Source: a virus (Duplodnaviria > Caudoviricetes). Taken from it: 64,000 bases of DNA. The stretch's first letter is position 1. Each line of letters starts with the position of its first letter. The notes under the pieces were generated by a model. It saw only the letters and a list, made by a program, of their open reading frames with translations, searched no databases and had not been told where the DNA came from. The stretch is from positions 96,001 through 160,000 of IMG/VR virus record IMGVR_UViG_3300042465_005116; one strand, given 5' to 3'. Positions 20,377 through 29,873 of this stretch are shown in pieces. The position numbers and the translations under genes are program-made.

Positions 20377-21194
20377 AATAGATGCGAATTTTTTGGTTTA
20401 GTATGTGTTAATAAATTACCTTCACTTATAAATTTATATAATTCATCGGCAATTAATTTATATCCATTATTACTTGGATGTTTACCTGCGGTAGTACTTA
20501 TCCAATTATTACCATCCTCCCATACATCTTTTCTATTGGTATCAATTAATAAATTTGCCATTGTTTTAGTTTGATAACCCCAATATTTATCACTCTCGAT
20601 TAAATTGGTTTTATCAACTAACTTATGAATATTTTTATTAATCATTATATCAAACGCGTCACAAAAAAGATATCTGATTCCTAATTCTTTAAATATAAAT
20701 TGAAGATGTAAAATATAGTTTTGATTCACTATATCATAGTAAGTATCATTGAATAAATTACCTATGTAATAATCTCTAAAATTTTTTTCCGCCCTATTAT
20801 AGTTTATATTATCACTATTAACTCCATCAAAAATATACTTTAAAAGGTGTTCTTTACTTTTATATCGTTTGCCCCATATAAAAAAATCATCTTTGGTTGG
20901 GAAAAAAGGTAACGGGTCTCTTAGAGAAGATGACCACATAATAACAACAAAATCATCTTGAGTGATGATTTCATTTTTTAACTGATAAGATACTGCGTTA
21001 AATATTGCATTATTTGAGAATGCACCAACTCCATTATTTTTAACTTCACATTTTAATAGTTCTGATAAGTGTTTCGGCCAACAATATTTTTGTCTTATTA
21101 TTGTCCTTTGTTCTGGATTATCAGTAGTATATTCATCTTCAATATTTCCACCAACCCCCTCAGTCCAACTATCCCCAAAGGTAAACAATTTCAT
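20373..21194 (-). CDS. SGNH-like protein
   Basis: FGDSWTEG, NGVGAFSN, HPSNNGY. Confidence 0.68.
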   Translation of the reverse strand: MKLFTFGDSWTEGVGGNIEDEYTTDNPEQRTIIRQKYCWPKHLSELLKCEVKNNGVGAFSNNAIFNAVSYQLKNEIITQDDFVVIMWSSSLRDPLPFFPTKDDFFIWGKRYKSKEHLLKYIFDGVNSDNINYNRAEKNFRDYYIGNLFNDTYYDIVNQNYILHLQFIFKELGIRYLFCDAFDIMINKNIHKLVDKTNLIESDKYWGYQTKTMANLLIDTNRKDVWEDGNNWISTTAGKHPSNNGYKLIADELYKFISEGNLLTHTKPKNSHLL

Positions 21195-21205
21195 AATGCA
21201 TAATA

Positions 21206-21349
21206 TTAAAGATGTGTTTCTTTAATTTTAGCTACAACTGCTTGAAATGCAGATGCTATTTTTGTTTTAACATCGGTTGATAAAGAACCAATAACCGGTT
21301 TAATAACGGTAAGTGGTCTTTCTTCTTTAATTTTTGGTGTCTTTGCCAT
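21206..21349 (-). CDS. 47-aa basic peptide
   Basis: MAKTPKIKEERPLTVIKPVIGSLSTDVKTKIASAFQAVVAKIKETHL*; not in ORF track. Confidence 0.55.
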   Translation of the reverse strand: MAKTPKIKEERPLTVIKPVIGSLSTDVKTKIASAFQAVVAKIKETHL

Positions 21350-21379
21350 AATATTTTTTTATTTTAATTTTTATTTTAA

Positions 21380-22867
21380 TTAAAGTTTAGGTGGGAGCCC
21401 TTGATTACAAACCGGACACCAGCTACTACAAGGACCAGACCCGCAATAATAACTACCACATCCCCAACAACCATTATGCATCACACTAAATACTCCATCT
21501 CCTATATCCGCTAAAAATAAATCACCTGGTTCAAAGTCTAATGAATATATTGTTTTATATTCAAACACCATTTCTAATCCAGTAATTTCAATGGTTGTTA
21601 ATTCATTTGTATTTATATCGGTTACAACTAATTTATCGCCAATATATAAACTATTTACTTTTTCAAATCTAGTTGCGGTTGAATCTTTTTCTTCAATATA
21701 ATACACACATGATGGAGTATCACTCCAAGTTTTACCATCTGCAAGTGTTATCTGTATCATTACCGTTTCAACTGATGCAGATACCATTGCCGTTAATTCG
21801 GATTGTAATGATGTTAAGGTATCGTTTGATTGCTGTAGTGTACTATCCCATCCATATGTCACTATTTCATTTGTAAAAGCTTTAGCTTCATTTTCATTTG
21901 AATCTATAAAATTTATAGAACGAACATGGTCACCTAATTGTATAGTACTAACATTTGTTAATGAACCATCATAGTTTAGGATATTTGAATCATCATCGGT
22001 ATGGTAATCGTTCTCAGTTTTACCTATTTCCTTTGTAATATATTTATATCTTGTTTTTTGATTTAATTTTTTGGTGCCAGTAACAAATTCATCAGCGGTA
22101 AACGAAACTGGTATTATTGAAGATTGAGTGTATCCACCCATATTAATAATATCTAAATTTGAACCATATATAATATCAATTCCTCTTATAATTGAGTATC
22201 TACCGTCTACCAAATTATCCTCTGAAAATATGAATTCTTGTATTAAATAATTACTTTCCGTTAAATTTATGGTATCAACTAATTCAGTATTATTTGAAAC
22301 TGTATATAATGCAGGATATTGTGTTTTATCGTACTGAGGATAACGATATTTTATTAATATGTTTGGATTTGTGGTAGTAGTATAATCTACTTCATCTAAT
22401 GTATTTAAATTTAATGTATCAGATGTATAATTCGTTTTTGGAATATACCCCGAATCTTTCATTAAATTAAAAAATTCAAATTTATCAGCACAATACGTTT
22501 CATCCACTAATGCGGTTGTATCAAACGCCTGTCTTAAAATAAATTTAGTATCAGTATCTTCTATAAATGGTACAGTAACCGAACCTTGCGGTACAGCATG
22601 GTCAATATATGTTATATTATTTTCTACACATTTTTCTTGTAATATTTTTTTAAATCTATTTGGTTGATTTAAGGGTTTGTGTGAATCGCCTTCTGTCCAT
22701 ATATAATGGAACTCAGTAATATTATTACTACTTAACATATTGAATAACGTAGTATAATCTAATAAATCTGCACCATCATTATAAATTGTGGTATTTGTGT
22801 TTATTTCTAAAAACTTAACCGAATTATTTTTTTGTAGATAATCACTACCAATTATTGTTGCTTTCAT
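21380..22867 (-). CDS. circularly permuted ATP-grasp-like domain + Hint domain + Cys-rich C-terminal peptide
   Basis: N-terminal D..KFLEINTN, ILIK, YLIQEFI; Hint-like DGSLTNVSTIQLGDHV...IYSLDFE...VMHN; tail with six Cys. Confidence 0.65.
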   Translation of the reverse strand: MKATIIGSDYLQKNNSVKFLEINTNTTIYNDGADLLDYTTLFNMLSSNNITEFHYIWTEGDSHKPLNQPNRFKKILQEKCVENNITYIDHAVPQGSVTVPFIEDTDTKFILRQAFDTTALVDETYCADKFEFFNLMKDSGYIPKTNYTSDTLNLNTLDEVDYTTTTNPNILIKYRYPQYDKTQYPALYTVSNNTELVDTINLTESNYLIQEFIFSEDNLVDGRYSIIRGIDIIYGSNLDIINMGGYTQSSIIPVSFTADEFVTGTKKLNQKTRYKYITKEIGKTENDYHTDDDSNILNYDGSLTNVSTIQLGDHVRSINFIDSNENEAKAFTNEIVTYGWDSTLQQSNDTLTSLQSELTAMVSASVETVMIQITLADGKTWSDTPSCVYYIEEKDSTATRFEKVNSLYIGDKLVVTDINTNELTTIEITGLEMVFEYKTIYSLDFEPGDLFLADIGDGVFSVMHNGCWGCGSYYCGSGPCSSWCPVCNQGLPPKL

Positions 22868-22931
22868 AAATATTTTATTTATTTCTTCTGAATGTATCTA
22901 TAAATATATTAAAATTGAATTTAAGACCATT

Positions 22932-23234
22932 TTAAATGATGGTGGGATTTTTTTTAATTTCTAGAGGTTCTAAATAGTTAGAATCAACTTCATTCCATTT
23001 TTTTAATCCACATGCATTATAAGTTGTTGAAAATACTTTTTTATTCAATGGACACCCACATTCACCACAATATGCACTCCATTTTATTCCCTTTATTACT
23101 TCCTTTCTATAATCACATCCTAAACAAACATCAAGTCTTAATTTAGCTAATTCCTCTTGTTGAATATTTGGGTTGTATGAAATTTTCCAAGCTTCAAATA
23201 TTTCTTTATAATTAATCTTAGGTATAAGGGGCAT
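22932..23234 (-). CDS. small Cys-rich metal-binding protein
   Basis: CLGC, CGECGC, C..KKW. Confidence 0.65.
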   Translation of the reverse strand: MPLIPKINYKEIFEAWKISYNPNIQQEELAKLRLDVCLGCDYRKEVIKGIKWSAYCGECGCPLNKKVFSTTYNACGLKKWNEVDSNYLEPLEIKKNPTII

Positions 23235-23235
23235 A

Positions 23236-23973
23236 TTATATTAATGTTTTATTATTTTTTTGAATATCGTAATAATCATAAATATCGTTATATTTTTTTA
23301 TAAACTCATCATTTAATTTTAATTCACATTCAAAGTGTTGACTTCCGTTTGATTTTTCCATTTTAAATGGTTTACCGGTTTTATTAGATACCCATTCCTC
23401 TAATTCTCCAAAATTTCCAAATTCAAACCATTTTATTCTTTTGTTATTATTATGCCAATATGATACCGGCCGGAATAAAATTAATAAAATATTTTCCATA
23501 TAATCATCAACATACTTTTCTATTCCATTTCTTTTTGTAAATTCTTTAATTACTAACATTTGAGAAGTTGGTGAGATTAAATCTAAATCTTTAAAAAATA
23601 ATATATCATCTATATTTAATTTTTTAAGTACATTTACTAATTCGGTTGGATATTTTATACGTTCCATTTCGACCAAATCAATTATATGTTTCCACAATGA
23701 AATGAATCGTTCATATCTATTTCTTTTAATTGTTATAATGTCATATTCATTTCCAAATTTGGTAATCAAACCATTTAATGATTCATGACTATGTACCATA
23801 TAATCGGCCAACTCCTCATTACTCATAGATAAATCTATTCTACTCTTCCATTTATTAATGAATTTTTGGTCAAGATATTTTATATCAAATTCACTTCTTA
23901 AACATGATATATAAAAAGAAGTTGATGCACATCTTGGTAATGAAATAAATAAAAATTTATTCTCTACTAACAC
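23236..23973 (-). CDS. sulfotransferase-family-like protein
   Basis: LFISLPRCASTS, RNRYERFISLW. Confidence 0.6.
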   Translation of the reverse strand: MLVENKFLFISLPRCASTSFYISCLRSEFDIKYLDQKFINKWKSRIDLSMSNEELADYMVHSHESLNGLITKFGNEYDIITIKRNRYERFISLWKHIIDLVEMERIKYPTELVNVLKKLNIDDILFFKDLDLISPTSQMLVIKEFTKRNGIEKYVDDYMENILLILFRPVSYWHNNNKRIKWFEFGNFGELEEWVSNKTGKPFKMEKSNGSQHFECELKLNDEFIKKYNDIYDYYDIQKNNKTLI

Positions 23974-24611
23974 TATATTAACGATTTTTGGTTTTTAATA
24001 AAATCAAATCCAACATTACCTGCCATAACAATTCTATCTAACGTTGAATTTGATGCAGCATTTGGAGAATGTGGAACATCTGCCTTCATTATAATTAAAT
24101 CATCTTCTTCTGGTCTTATCCAATATTCCTTATCTTCTTTTGATTTAAAATATAAAACACCGTCATCACCATTCATTATATCTGGCATTTGAATGTAATA
24201 AACGTATGTATAGTGTGGAATAAAGTCTTTATTTTTTTTATTAATTTCGGTATGTATATGATATTTTTCATCAGTATAAAAATTTTCTTGTACAGGATTT
24301 TTAGAACGAACTACATTTACCCAAGCATCTGTATTAATCTTATTATAATTTATACCGATTTCATTATAAATTTCTTTACATTTATTAATACCAATTTGAA
24401 CAATTTCATCCAATTTTGTTTCTACCTTAATATCACCAATAAAATTTAAATGTTCATTCCATTCTTTTTTATAACCAAACCCATCAGTTTTAACATTAGG
24501 CTGGGATTCTATAATAGAATATGCCTCTTTTAAAAACAATTGTTTATCACTTATTCGATTTAATTTTACTTTCCAAATATAAGTTGTCTCATCAAAAAAT
24601 ATCTTTTCCAT
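23973..24611 (-). CDS. 2OG-Fe(II) oxygenase-like
   Basis: WVNV, HIH, YVYY, PHSP...RIV.AGN. Confidence 0.7.
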   Translation of the reverse strand: MEKIFFDETTYIWKVKLNRISDKQLFLKEAYSIIESQPNVKTDGFGYKKEWNEHLNFIGDIKVETKLDEIVQIGINKCKEIYNEIGINYNKINTDAWVNVVRSKNPVQENFYTDEKYHIHTEINKKNKDFIPHYTYVYYIQMPDIMNGDDGVLYFKSKEDKEYWIRPEEDDLIIMKADVPHSPNAASNSTLDRIVMAGNVGFDFIKNQKSLI

Positions 24612-24617
24612 ATTATA

Positions 24618-25253
24618 TTAATTTAGTTTTTTATAAAATATATCAGCTAATTCTTTATGACCTACTTCAGAAAAATGGGCATCGTTAATTACGCCATTAG
24701 TTTCATCTTGTAATCTATTTAATAAAGTTCCCACATACCAATCTGTTGGTAGTAATTGTTTTTTAAGATGAACATCAGTACATAAAGCAAAGGGTGACCA
24801 AAAAATAACTTTAATGCCTTTTAATTTAAATATAGTACTAAGTAATTTAGACCAATTAACTATTTCATCCCAATATAACCTACTCATCCTATTAATCCGA
24901 ATTTGCTCTAATGTATTTGTATCAATAAATTTATGTAATTCTAATTCAGATTGTACATGTCGAATAGTAACCCATTTGTTATTTTTTTCTAATCGAAATC
25001 GGGAAGGATGTGACCAACCTATTATAACAATATCACCACTATTTATCGTGTCCATTTTAGTAATAATAGTGTCAAATATAGTATTATTATCTGCACCTCC
25101 AACACCTAGTTGAATAACATCAGTATTTAACATGATTGCTAAATGGTCTGAAAATATTTTTGGGGTATAACCTTTCCATTCACTATATTGTTTACCCAAC
25201 CCACCTTGTTTTTCCCATGTTGTGGAAAATGAATCACCAAATACCCAAATCAT
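24618..25253 (-). CDS. SGNH-like protein
   Basis: VFGDSFS, GVGGADN, DAHFSEVGH. Confidence 0.68.
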   Translation of the reverse strand: MIWVFGDSFSTTWEKQGGLGKQYSEWKGYTPKIFSDHLAIMLNTDVIQLGVGGADNNTIFDTIITKMDTINSGDIVIIGWSHPSRFRLEKNNKWVTIRHVQSELELHKFIDTNTLEQIRINRMSRLYWDEIVNWSKLLSTIFKLKGIKVIFWSPFALCTDVHLKKQLLPTDWYVGTLLNRLQDETNGVINDAHFSEVGHKELADIFYKKLN

Positions 25254-25813
25254 AAAAGATTTTGTTTTGTTGAATTAGTTTTAACTAATGATATCCAATT
25301 TACTAATGAATATCTAATGCCGGCTCTGATGGGAGTTACCCTATGTGTTAATCTCGAATTAAAAATATATAATGTTCCAATTTTATTTTCTATTGGTACT
25401 AACTCACCTTTAAGGTTTTTAATTTCTAATACACCACCTTCATATGAATTATTTAATTGAATTACTATCGATGTAAATCTATCTCTATATATAGTATCGG
25501 TACTATCGACATGCCAATCAAAATATTCACCTTCTTTATATTCAGTAAATTGAAAATCTCCCAAACCAGTAACTTCCATTCCATTTATATTGAAAGTTTC
25601 TCTTAATTTATTTGTTAATCTTTCATTTAAAAATCCTAAATCAGATATCCAAGCAACCGATGATTTTCTAGTTTTTTTAGTAGGTATGGTATTAGAATCA
25701 CCGGTATATACTTCTGCATCTGATAATGTTAATTCTTTTTTGCAATTATTTAAAATGAAATCACACTCTTCGGGTGATAGAAAGTTTTCAAATATGTCTA
25801 TATTGTCAATCAT
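25250..25813 (-). CDS. 2OG-Fe(II) oxygenase (prolyl-4-hydroxylase-like)
   Basis: WHVD, YEGG.L, HRVTPI..G.RYSLVNW. Confidence 0.88.
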   Translation of the reverse strand: MIDNIDIFENFLSPEECDFILNNCKKELTLSDAEVYTGDSNTIPTKKTRKSSVAWISDLGFLNERLTNKLRETFNINGMEVTGLGDFQFTEYKEGEYFDWHVDSTDTIYRDRFTSIVIQLNNSYEGGVLEIKNLKGELVPIENKIGTLYIFNSRLTHRVTPIRAGIRYSLVNWISLVKTNSTKQNLL

Positions 25814-25835
25814 ATATATAAATATATAAATAATA

Positions 25836-25866
25836 AAAAAAGGGTCACCTTTTGATGATGACCCTT
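25836..25866 (-). terminator. intrinsic terminator
   Basis: AAGGGTCA...TGACCCTT hairpin with T tract, after Hsp20. Confidence 0.7.
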
Positions 25867-25884
25867 ATCAGTTTTTTAATTAGA

Positions 25885-26265
25885 TTATCCGATTTTGATT
25901 TGAACTTTCTTTGGTTTTGCTTCGTCTTTTTTATCGGTTGTAATGATTAATAAACCATTATCAAATTTAGCATCTGATTTAGTTCCATCATAATCTTTAC
26001 CCAATGCAAAAGTTAAATCAATATCCGAAACCAATGAAGAACTACCTTCTTCTTTTTTTGATTTAATTAGAATTTGAGTTTCAGTAACTTCTAATTTAAT
26101 GTTCTTTGGATTGTGACCTAATACATTTAGAGTTAATTGATACTTACCATCTTCTAATACCTTACCCTCATATCTACTGAAAGTAGAATAGGTTGATGTT
26201 GATTTCCAAGTCGGTAATTCGGATTCAAATAAATCCAATAAGTTTGTAATGTTTGCTGTGTACAT
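25885..26265 (-). CDS. small heat-shock protein Hsp20
   Basis: alpha-crystallin pattern, AKFDNGLLII, PKKVQI tail. Confidence 0.85.
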   Translation of the reverse strand: MYTANITNLLDLFESELPTWKSTSTYSTFSRYEGKVLEDGKYQLTLNVLGHNPKNIKLEVTETQILIKSKKEEGSSSLVSDIDLTFALGKDYDGTKSDAKFDNGLLIITTDKKDEAKPKKVQIKIG

Positions 26266-26374
26266 AATTTTTTTATTTTAGTTAAACAATATCTCTAATA
26301 CTACAATTGGTATACCAAATGGTACTTTATGACATATTGTCAGTATTTTAAAATTCCATTTGACAACTTGTCAG

Positions 26375-27034
26375 TTAGAAAGGTTTTGAATCTTCCCATT
26401 GTTTATTCTCCTGTCTACAACTCATATGGTCAGCCCAATGTAGAATGTATGGTAGGTCGGTTTTTAACCTCATCTCGGGACGGAAACTGATATAGTAAGG
26501 TTTAGTACCTTCGTTGTATAATCCGTCTGCTAACATAATCCCAATCATCTCCTTTTCGGAATAGGTAATACCATATTGGTTAAGTAACCACAATGCCCTA
26601 TGTGTTACATCCATATAATGATTCTCTCCATTAATCTTAAACAATGCACCTTGATTCTTTTTATGCCAATCAGAACCCTCCTCTACATAATGAGGCTGAC
26701 CCTTCACTCCTAACTTACCCAAATCATGATGAAAGGCTGCAAAGAATAATTCCTCATCGGTAAAATCTACTTTGATTCCACCCTCCTCATAAATCTTTTT
26801 CATCTTATATGCATTTCGGGCAACGTTCATCACGTGGTCTAAATATCCACCAACATATGCAGAGTGATAATGTTCTTTACTACTTGCAGGGGCAAGAACT
26901 AATTCAGTTCCCAATTCCTCCTGTGAATACATGAACTTTAATTTTTCTAAACGTTCACCACTAAATACTTTACTTAATGCCTCAATGAATTTATCATAAT
27001 TCTTTTGTAGGTCTTCTGCTGAATAGTTTTTCAT
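26375..27034 (-). CDS. HD-domain phosphohydrolase
   Basis: YH..Y.GGYLDH, HHDLGK, H.AD. Confidence 0.85.
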   Translation of the reverse strand: MKNYSAEDLQKNYDKFIEALSKVFSGERLEKLKFMYSQEELGTELVLAPASSKEHYHSAYVGGYLDHVMNVARNAYKMKKIYEEGGIKVDFTDEELFFAAFHHDLGKLGVKGQPHYVEEGSDWHKKNQGALFKINGENHYMDVTHRALWLLNQYGITYSEKEMIGIMLADGLYNEGTKPYYISFRPEMRLKTDLPYILHWADHMSCRQENKQWEDSKPF

Positions 27035-27044
27035 AATTTATATT

Positions 27045-27392
27045 TTAATCTTCAATTTCTTGTCCTGTCAATGCCCTATATAGAATTTCTAATTGTTCTT
27101 CACTCTCACAATATCCCAACCCAACCGCATCACCAATCTCAACTATATAACTTCCCTTTGGTAATTCCATATGTTTCCATTCATCGTTTATAGATGATAT
27201 TAAACAAGGTGCATCTTCAGATGGATTATCCTTTGGTAATGGTAATACATAATAGTACATTCCACTTGGAGCAGATTCCTCGTCATCACCCTCTTCTGTC
27301 ATTTCATCTACCTTTTCCCATCCCTGTCTTTCAAATGTATCTTCGGTTATAGGTGTTTCTGGAAATTCTATTGGGGTTTCTTCTATACTCAT
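27045..27392 (-). CDS. acidic hypothetical protein
   Basis: ORF track; ATGA overlap with neighbour. Confidence 0.65.
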   Translation of the reverse strand: MSIEETPIEFPETPITEDTFERQGWEKVDEMTEEGDDEESAPSGMYYYVLPLPKDNPSEDAPCLISSINDEWKHMELPKGSYIVEIGDAVGLGYCESEEQLEILYRALTGQEIED

Positions 27393-27985
27393 TCTAAAAC
27401 TATATTGATTTGTTTAGTAATTTTTGCTTCAATCATTGTACATTTTAAACGTAGGGTATCCCCTCTCATTTTATTAACCGGTGCAATCATTGTGTTTATC
27501 TCACCATTCGTTCCACTATATGATGCTGGATTGCAAGTAGGTATTAGTACATCTCTCCAATTCGTAAGTGGTGGTAAGTTTACATAAGTAAGTTGACCGG
27601 TAAATTCATTGATGTAGGTTTTAGTAATCTTTGCTACAACATCATCTTTCCATAACCACCAATATAAATTACTTTCCCATTCAACTTTAATTGGTTCTTT
27701 GGTATTTTTGAGAGTACCAGTAACCCTATGTGTTGTTTGGTTTGTATTTGGATTTAATTGTAAATGATAATACCCATTCGCATCTTGTGGTAATCGACCA
27801 TCTAATGTAAAATCATTCGGATTATAAGTAACCTTTGTGGGTGTGGTATTTGTTTTTGTTTGAACATCCGGTCCCCATTTTGAAATAGGAGTGGGTATAT
27901 CATCTTTACTGCAAGCAGTAAATAATAAAGAACTTAATACTAACCATTTGATTCTCATAACAATTTGTTTAAGATTGATTCCCAA
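27389..27985 (-). CDS. lipoprotein
   Basis: LLFTAC-SKDD lipobox-like signal; start probably MRIKWL. Confidence 0.6.
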   Translation of the reverse strand: MGINLKQIVMRIKWLVLSSLLFTACSKDDIPTPISKWGPDVQTKTNTTPTKVTYNPNDFTLDGRLPQDANGYYHLQLNPNTNQTTHRVTGTLKNTKEPIKVEWESNLYWWLWKDDVVAKITKTYINEFTGQLTYVNLPPLTNWRDVLIPTCNPASYSGTNGEINTMIAPVNKMRGDTLRLKCTMIEAKITKQINIVLE

Positions 27986-28440
27986 GTCGGATATTCATTC
28001 CATTCTTTTGTTTCATATGCCCAACCAAATTTAAGTAACTCACCTTTGAACTCTCCTGCCCCATTCTTAATTCGGTCATCAATTAGATAATCACCTGCCA
28101 AAAGGTCTTTTCGGTGAGTAACAACCATTTTTTTGTGAAAGAGATTTCCAAAGTGATTCTCAATCCAATATCGTTTGTCAGTTGAAGCATCAGGGTTTCC
28201 CCACGGTGCTGCAGTTGCGATAAACATTTCATACTTACCACTTTCGGCCAACTTCTTAACAGCCTCAATAGCTCCTTCATATGGAGGTGGGTTTCGGAAT
28301 ATACCGGGAATATGGTCAGGACATTTTTTGTATTTATCAACTAAGTGTGGGTGGAGTTCAAACCACTTGTCAAACTCGGCTTTTAAATCTACTAAAACGC
28401 CATCCATGTCAATGTAAAGTATCTTTTTATTTTCAGTCAT
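27955..28440 (-). CDS. 5'(3')-deoxyribonucleotidase (HAD)
   Basis: IDMDGVL, IATAAPW, DYLIDD. Confidence 0.9.
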   Translation of the reverse strand: MTENKKILYIDMDGVLVDLKAEFDKWFELHPHLVDKYKKCPDHIPGIFRNPPPYEGAIEAVKKLAESGKYEMFIATAAPWGNPDASTDKRYWIENHFGNLFHKKMVVTHRKDLLAGDYLIDDRIKNGAGEFKGELLKFGWAYETKEWNEYPTWESILNKLL

Positions 28441-28579
28441 AATGTTAATTGTTGTTATTATCTCTCTTTCTTATACAATAAAGATACGAAGAATAATTGA
28501 ATTTTCCAAATCTTTTGTAATTTATTTGCAAACTAATTTTAAGTATATTGGATATCTGATTGAGTATCAATGAATTAGC

Positions 28580-28604
28580 TAACTCGTTGATTATCAATAA
28601 GTTA
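28580..28604. promoter_or_regulatory. palindromic twin IHF-consensus site
   Basis: TAA-N4-TTGATTATCAA-N4-TTA; WATCAA-N4-TTR on both strands; copies at 46782 and 52645. Confidence 0.5.
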
Positions 28605-29873
28605 AAATTTATATTGATAAAATTTACCATTTGTGTTTAATTTAAATGAGTTAAAATTAGGTTCTACCCATCCCCCATTTTCTTTCTTATGGTTTTTACC
28701 CTCTATAAGAATTTCTATTACACCATCTTTATCATAATCACATACTTTAATCCAATCAATTGCGTAATGATTTAATACTTTATATGAATTACTTTCAAAT
28801 ATAAGTTTAGTTTTATTTTCAAATTGGTTACCTCCTTTATTTTCAAAGTACTGAATATAGTATTCATCTTCATAATTAAAATTACTATTTGAAAAAATAT
28901 CAATATCACCATCCTTATCAAAATCGTAAAAAGCAAAATCTAATGTTATATTTGAATTCGGTTCAATCGTTTCCAAATATTGTTTATCACCAAAATATGG
29001 ATAACCTGCTTTACCAAAATTAATAACCATTGATTTTCCAAATAAGTTTCCGGGTTGGTCATATGGATTATTATGAAACCCTCTAACTAAATCCAAATAT
29101 CCATCTTTATTTAAATCTATTAAATCCATACAGGTTGACCCAAAATAATCACCCATTTGAATTGGGCCTTTTTCTAAAAGATTGGTTGGCCAGTTTGTTT
29201 TTGTAAATGTAAAATCACCATTACCCATTAAAAAATAGGTAGGACCTGATATTACAATATCCGGTTTACCATCTTTATTTATATCACCAGTAGTAATACC
29301 ATGATAAAATTCATTACTATTGTTTGAGTATTTGATTAAATCGAATCCATCTTTATCTCCCTTTAAAAAATATAATCCTCGCTGAGTGGTATCGTTATCA
29401 TCTGCTAATGCTAATACAAAATCTACATACTTATCATTATTAATATCAGTTGCAACAATTCTACGAGTTCCTTTTAATTGAATCGATTTACCTTTAGTGT
29501 AATCTTCTTTAGTATATCCATTACCAGATTTTATCCAAAACTCAAATACTCCTGTATTTTCATTCTTTAGTAAAAAATCTATTTGTGAATCTCCGTTGAA
29601 ATCAAAATACACAATACCAACTGCTACATCTTTGGTAGGGGTGTTTGTTAAATGACTACTATACCATCCAATATTATTTTCTTGATTTATAACACTTTCT
29701 GTTGAAATAGTTAAATTTTGTTTTAACTTATCAGTATTTACAATAGGGGGTTCTATTGGTTTTGGTTGGGGGAGTGGTATATCCTCTTTACTACAACTAG
29801 CTAAAAGTAGGAGGGGTAGTAGTAAAATAGGTAAGTAGTGCTTCAGATTTTTCTTTTTCAAATTGTTTTTCAT
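28602..29873 (-). CDS. FG-GAP/VCBS-repeat lipoprotein
   Basis: LLLASC lipobox; repeated DxNxDGxxD motifs. Confidence 0.8.
   Translation of the reverse strand: MKNNLKKKNLKHYLPILLLPLLLLASCSKEDIPLPQPKPIEPPIVNTDKLKQNLTISTESVINQENNIGWYSSHLTNTPTKDVAVGIVYFDFNGDSQIDFLLKNENTGVFEFWIKSGNGYTKEDYTKGKSIQLKGTRRIVATDINNDKYVDFVLALADDNDTTQRGLYFLKGDKDGFDLIKYSNNSNEFYHGITTGDINKDGKPDIVISGPTYFLMGNGDFTFTKTNWPTNLLEKGPIQMGDYFGSTCMDLIDLNKDGYLDLVRGFHNNPYDQPGNLFGKSMVINFGKAGYPYFGDKQYLETIEPNSNITLDFAFYDFDKDGDIDIFSNSNFNYEDEYYIQYFENKGGNQFENKTKLIFESNSYKVLNHYAIDWIKVCDYDKDGVIEILIEGKNHKKENGGWVEPNFNSFKLNTNGKFYQYKF

Noticed and set aside
21473-22000. Canonical self-splicing intein
   Set aside because: No Cys/Ser at position 1, no block-B His, +1 residue is Gly, no endonuclease; only C-terminal cleavage is plausible
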